Below, piece by piece: positions 59,576 to 64,000 of a stretch of 64,000 nt of DNA. The notes under the pieces are model-generated. The model did no database searches and was not told where the DNA came from. It saw nothing but the letters and a program-made list of their open reading frames with translations. Both the position numbers and the translations under genes were made by a program. Positions within the stretch are counted from its first letter, which is position 1; each line of letters starts with the position of its first letter. This DNA comes from an uncultured Ignavibacteria bacterium (lineage in GTDB: Bacteria; Zixibacteria; MSB-5A5; JAABVY01): positions 308,626-372,625 of the forward strand of contig CAZVLB010000001.1 in assembly GCA_964627935.1 (NCBI GenBank). The letters are read 5' to 3'.

Positions 59576-61483
59576 ATGGAAACTATTGATGCACGTCAGC
59601 AGGAGCTTTTAACCTGGCTGACAAGCGAAGATGTCGACCAGCGGGAGGCGGCTTGTCTGCAATTGCGCCAGTTCGACAATGATACTTCGCGAGCCGCATT
59701 GGTGGCCATGTTTGAGGATCCGGATAAAGGAATCCGCGAACTTGCCGCCGAGGGCCTGATTTCCATGGGCGGGGAGAGAACCGCCTTCTTTCTGGCGGAT
59801 CTGCTCGGACACGAGGATATTTCCATCAGAAATCTATCGGCCGAGACGTTGTCGAAGATCGGCCCGGAAAGCGTCAATCCGCTGATCGAAAAAGTAAGGG
59901 ATGCAGATAAGGATATCCGCAAATTTGCAGTCGATGTCCTGGGACTGATCGGCGACAGCCGTGCCCTGGATGCAATTATCGCGGCTCTTGAAGACGAGAA
60001 TCCCAATGTTGTTTGCTCGGCTGCCGAAGCGTTGGGTGAAATCGGCGATCCCTGTGCTGTGGATGCGCTTGTTAACAAGATGAATAACAGCGAGGATGCC
60101 GCCCTGCAGGCAATTGAAGCGCTGGGCAAAATCGGCGATCATACCGCTCTTGAGGCGCTGGTGAAGGGTCTTGAATCCGATGATCCGGTAATGATCTTTG
60201 CGGTTATCGATGCCATGGGCAATCTCAAACATGCCGAGGCCGCGCCGCATCTGAAAGCGCTCCTGGACAATGCCGATGATGCGCTCAAGGAAGCCATAAT
60301 CGCCTCTTTGATCAAGCTGGCCAAACATGCTGGACGCGTGATTCTCGAGGAACTGCCGGTCAAAAAAATGCAGGAATGCCTGTTCAATGCGCTGGAAGGT
60401 GACAACAAGGCCAACAAGCTTTTCGCGCTGGATGAGCTGGAGCAATGGGAAGGTCCGACCGTTGTCGACCGCCTGTTAAAGGCTCTGGCCGACGAGGATG
60501 AGGATGTCCGCGCCCGTGCCAAAGAGGTGCTCAAGATTTGCGCAGTGAGTTCATGCGACAGAATTTCAGTGGCTCTGAAAGAGGGCGACAGCCGGTACAT
60601 TATAAATCTGCTCGAGACAATCGCATCAACCGGAAATTCACGCTTCATACCGGATATTGTGCGACTGTGCAACCATCCCGATCCAGAGGTCCGTGAAGAA
60701 GTGGCCTATACTCTGGGTAAGATCGGTGACCGCACGGTGATGGAAAGCATATACAAGCTGGCCGAAGATGATATCGGGCATGTGCGCAGCGCGGCTATCA
60801 AATCGATCGGCTGGGTCGGTGACGAACGCGATATCGATAAATTATTGCAGTGGCTGGATGACCAGTATGTCGATGTGCGCGAAGCCTGCCTTGGCGCGCT
60901 GGTGTTGATCGGCGGAGAAAAGGTTATCGCTAAATTCAGGCATGACCTGGACCATGATGATAAGGAACGCCAGAAAATGGCCGCCACTGCTCTGGGATGG
61001 ATCGGCGAAAGTGAAGTTGTCGAACCGCTTATTTCGGCCCTCAATCATCCCGAATGGGAGGTGCGCAGATCGGCCGTAGAAGCCCTGGGCAGAATCGCCG
61101 ACAAACGAGCCCTGGATCCGCTTCGCTATGTACTTAACGACGATCATTCGCAGGTACGCAAATCGGCTATTGATGCTATAGTCGGGCTGGAAGGCAAACG
61201 TGCCACCCAGAGCATCAATATGCTACTGGACGATCAGGATATCTGGGTGCGCTTTCACGCCATCAATGTCATCAGCCGCCTGGGCGACACGTCGGTGACC
61301 GAAAAGATCGTGGCTCTGCTCTCGGATGAAAACGACATTATCCGTGTGGCCGCGGCCAAGGCCCTTTCAAATTTGAAAGATCAGAGATCATTACCGATCC
61401 TGAGAAATATAGCCAATGACCCCAACCGTGATGTGGCCGAGGCCGCATCACAGGCTCTTCACGTTTTGGAAGGGAGTAGCTGA
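59576..61483 (+). CDS. HEAT-repeat (PBS-lyase type) protein
   Basis: About 18 tandem ~31-aa repeats of the form D.D..VR..AA.ALG.IGD..A...L; start set at ATG 59576 (the ORF track extends upstream into the STAS gene). Confidence 0.75.
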   Translation: METIDARQQELLTWLTSEDVDQREAACLQLRQFDNDTSRAALVAMFEDPDKGIRELAAEGLISMGGERTAFFLADLLGHEDISIRNLSAETLSKIGPESVNPLIEKVRDADKDIRKFAVDVLGLIGDSRALDAIIAALEDENPNVVCSAAEALGEIGDPCAVDALVNKMNNSEDAALQAIEALGKIGDHTALEALVKGLESDDPVMIFAVIDAMGNLKHAEAAPHLKALLDNADDALKEAIIASLIKLAKHAGRVILEELPVKKMQECLFNALEGDNKANKLFALDELEQWEGPTVVDRLLKALADEDEDVRARAKEVLKICAVSSCDRISVALKEGDSRYIINLLETIASTGNSRFIPDIVRLCNHPDPEVREEVAYTLGKIGDRTVMESIYKLAEDDIGHVRSAAIKSIGWVGDERDIDKLLQWLDDQYVDVREACLGALVLIGGEKVIAKFRHDLDHDDKERQKMAATALGWIGESEVVEPLISALNHPEWEVRRSAVEALGRIADKRALDPLRYVLNDDHSQVRKSAIDAIVGLEGKRATQSINMLLDDQDIWVRFHAINVISRLGDTSVTEKIVALLSDENDIIRVAAAKALSNLKDQRSLPILRNIANDPNRDVAEAASQALHVLEGSS

Positions 61484-61866
61484 TGCCCAGGGTATTAGTT
61501 GTCGATGATGAGCTTTTGATCCGGGATCTGCTGTATGATTTCTTCTCCTCCCGAGATTATGAAATCATCCTGGCGGAATCGGGCCATAAGGCTCTGGATA
61601 TCTTGGCCAATGAGCATATCGATGTGGTCCTGACCGACCTGAAAATGCCGGATATGGACGGGCTCGAGATGATTCGCAGGGCGGATATCAAAAAAAGCGG
61701 ACCCCCGGTTATCATTATGACCGGCTTTCCCTCAATCGAGTCGGCCATTGAGGCGATTCGACTGAAAGTATCGGATTACGTAATCAAGCCATTCAACATT
61801 AACCGGCTGTTTGAAAGCATTGAAGGCGCGCTGGAGGAATACAAAGGTGTTACAGTCGGACAATAG
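61483..61866 (+). CDS. Single-domain response regulator (CheY-like receiver)
   Basis: VLVVDDELLIRDLL; DVVLTDLKMPDMDGLEM; start overlaps the HEAT gene stop. Confidence 0.85.
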   Translation: MPRVLVVDDELLIRDLLYDFFSSRDYEIILAESGHKALDILANEHIDVVLTDLKMPDMDGLEMIRRADIKKSGPPVIIMTGFPSIESAIEAIRLKVSDYVIKPFNINRLFESIEGALEEYKGVTVGQ

Positions 61867-61874
61867 GAGTATAT

Positions 61875-62387
61875 ATGTCAACTGACAGGGTCCTGGTCGT
61901 AGATGACGAATTATTCGTAAGGGAGCTGCTCGACGAGTATTTTTCAAAGCTGAAATTCGCGGTTGATGTGGCTGAATCGGGAGAGGCGGCCGTGGAACGT
62001 GTGCGCGAAAACAAATATCATGTGGCTTTGATAGACCTGAAGATGACCGGCATGGACGGCCTGGGGACGTTGCGCAAGATCAAGGAGATCGACCCGGATG
62101 TGGTCCTGGTTCTAATGACCGGCTACCCCACGGTGGAATCTTCGATCGACGCGTTGCGTGCGGGCGCCTATGACTATATAGTCAAACCCTTCCGCTTAAA
62201 TGAGCTAAAAGACATTATCACCGGCGCGATCAAGGAGTACGAGGTACGTAGAGATATCTCCGAACTCAAACACAAGGTCAGGCTGCTGGAGGAATCGTTA
62301 AGACGCTCCGGCACTGAGATTGTCGGTGATGAAGATATTGAGAGGGACAGCTCGGAAATTCCCGCACGGGCCAAGTTTTCGCAATAG
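61875..62387 (+). CDS. Response regulator receiver protein with short C-terminal extension
   Basis: VLVVDDELFVRELL; VALIDLKMTGMDGLGT; ~50-aa charged C-terminal tail. Confidence 0.85.
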   Translation: MSTDRVLVVDDELFVRELLDEYFSKLKFAVDVAESGEAAVERVRENKYHVALIDLKMTGMDGLGTLRKIKEIDPDVVLVLMTGYPTVESSIDALRAGAYDYIVKPFRLNELKDIITGAIKEYEVRRDISELKHKVRLLEESLRRSGTEIVGDEDIERDSSEIPARAKFSQ

Positions 62388-62506
62388 AACGACCCGCGCA
62401 TGGGTGAGGATTAATCTCGGCGATTTGATCGCTGCAGGATAAGTAAAAAAAGGGTGTGTGTCTGGTAGGGAGCGGCCCCAGCCGGCCTTCCTTACGGGAG
62501 AAAATT

Positions 62507-63469
62507 ATGATAACAGGTTCGAATACACAGCTTACGCTGAGTCAGGAAGACTTTGTCGCGGTTCGGGATTTTATCTATGAAAAGGCCGGAATCTGGTTTG
62601 CAGACAATAAAAAGTACCTGATCGAGAGCCGCCTGACCAAGCGTATGAATGAACTCGGTATTACCAGCTACAAGGATTATTTCTACCGGGTCAAATATGA
62701 CACCTCGAATAAAGAATTTGATGCGTTGATGAATGTGGTCACGACCAACGAGACCTCATTCTTCCGCAATCCGCCGCAACTCAAGGCTTTTTCCGACGAA
62801 GTTTTGCCTCAGATGTTAAAGGAGAAGTCGGAAAACAAGGCCGGCGGCAAAAAAATCAAAATTTGGTCGGCGGGATGTTCAACCGGCGAGGAGCCATATA
62901 CATTGTCGATTATCCTGATGGAGAAGCTGAAACCGTTGACCTCCTGGAATATCGAAATAATCGCCAATGATATTTCACAGAATGTGCTCTATGCCGCCCG
63001 CAAGGGAATCTACCATGAGCTCAGCCTGCGTACCACCGAACAGGCTATAAAGGACAGGTATTTCATACCCGAGGGCAACAAATACCGCATAAAAGATGAA
63101 GTCAAGCGGCTGGTGAAATTCAATCATGTCAATCTCAATGATTCGCGCCAGGTGGGCTCGATCACGGATTGCGATTTCATCTTCTGCCGCAATGTAATGA
63201 TATATTTTTCGGATGATATAAAAAGGTCGCTGATCAAGCAGTTCTACAAGAGCCTGCGTCCCGGCGGCTATATGTTTATTGGACACTCGGAATCGCTGCA
63301 TGGCATTTCCAAGTCGTTCAAGCTGGAATATTTTAAAAGCGCCCTGGTTTACAAGAAGGAAATCGCCTCAGCGGCGGCAGTAAATCAGACCACTGACAAA
63401 GTTGCCAGTTCTCACAGCAGTACCATGGATACGCTGGCGAAAATCAGGCAGCTTCTGGAAAAGAAGTAA
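62507..63469 (+). CDS. cheR: Chemotaxis protein methyltransferase CheR
   Basis: CheR N-terminal helical domain and SAM-binding motif KIWSAGCSTGEEPYTLSIIL; start at ATG 62507 with SD GGGAG. Confidence 0.85.
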   Translation: MITGSNTQLTLSQEDFVAVRDFIYEKAGIWFADNKKYLIESRLTKRMNELGITSYKDYFYRVKYDTSNKEFDALMNVVTTNETSFFRNPPQLKAFSDEVLPQMLKEKSENKAGGKKIKIWSAGCSTGEEPYTLSIILMEKLKPLTSWNIEIIANDISQNVLYAARKGIYHELSLRTTEQAIKDRYFIPEGNKYRIKDEVKRLVKFNHVNLNDSRQVGSITDCDFIFCRNVMIYFSDDIKRSLIKQFYKSLRPGGYMFIGHSESLHGISKSFKLEYFKSALVYKKEIASAAAVNQTTDKVASSHSSTMDTLAKIRQLLEKK

Positions 63470-63491
63470 ATTCTATAAGAGGTGAATATAT

Positions 63492-63863
63492 ATGAAGCAG
63501 ACAATCTTAATTGTTGATGATTCACCGACGGTACTGAAGTTCGTCAGTTACAGCCTTAAGAATTCCGGTTTTAAGGTGGTAACTGCCATGGATGGTATGG
63601 ATGCCCTCGAAAAGATGTCATCGCTCGAGAATCCGGTGGATATGGTTATCACCGACCTGAACATGCCCAATATGGACGGCTACGAGCTGATCGCCACTCT
63701 GAGAAAGAATGCGCAGTTCGAGTCAACTCCGATCATCATTCTCTCATCAGAAGAGGATGACAAGGACAAGAAAATGGGCCAACAGGTTGGAGCGGACTCA
63801 TATCTGACCAAGCCGTTTAAATCGTCGGTTCTGCTGTACGAGGTCAGCAAGTTTTTGTCCTGA
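63492..63863 (+). CDS. Single-domain response regulator (CheY-like)
   Basis: ILIVDDSPTVLKF; DMVITDLNMPNMDGYELI; KPF motif. Confidence 0.85.
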   Translation: MKQTILIVDDSPTVLKFVSYSLKNSGFKVVTAMDGMDALEKMSSLENPVDMVITDLNMPNMDGYELIATLRKNAQFESTPIIILSSEEDDKDKKMGQQVGADSYLTKPFKSSVLLYEVSKFLS

Positions 63864-63900
63864 AAAATGAAATAGTTATTTGAATATATAAGGAGGCAGA

Positions 63901-64000
63901 AGTGCAAAACCTTAAGATTCTGGCGGTTGACGATTCTCCGACAATGCGCCGGATTATAATCAATACCCTCAAGAGAGCGGGCTTCAATGATGTTGCTGAG
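63901..64000 (+). CDS. Response regulator receiver (CheY-like), 5' fragment running off the window
   Basis: GTG start with SD AAGGAGG upstream; translation VQNLKILAVDDSPTMRRIIINTLKRAGFNDVAE is a typical CheY N-terminus. Confidence 0.7.

Overview
64 kb chromosomal window, apparently from an uncultivated bacterium that uses standard genetic code 11, with canonical Shine-Dalgarno sites (GGAGG) and TTGACA-N16-TATATT promoters. About 55 genes are called; no tRNA, rRNA, CRISPR array or mobile element was seen. Housekeeping genes (serS 3' end, tsaE-tsaB-rimI, accD, folC) sit beside a PorY/PorX-like two-component pair and a sigma-54 phosphorelay. The central block (25.3-33.2 kb) and a second block (51.7-56.6 kb, opposite strand) encode six secreted multidomain proteins sharing one C-terminal ~65-aa dockerin-like module; the first of these is interrupted by two in-frame stop codons. 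Between them lies a contiguous acyl-CoA operon (archaeal-type HMG-CoA synthase/thiolase/OB-fold trio, methylcrotonyl-CoA carboxylase with split BC/BCCP, hydratase, thiolase, Hbd, two acyl-CoA dehydrogenases) plus ilvE, rpiB and histidine ammonia-lyase. The right end carries a partner-switching module (PP2C-GAF phosphatase, RsbW-like kinase, STAS) fused into a chemotaxis-like cluster. The overall picture is an extracellular proteolysis plus amino-acid fermentation locus. All product calls are from motif recognition by eye; no database searches were run.
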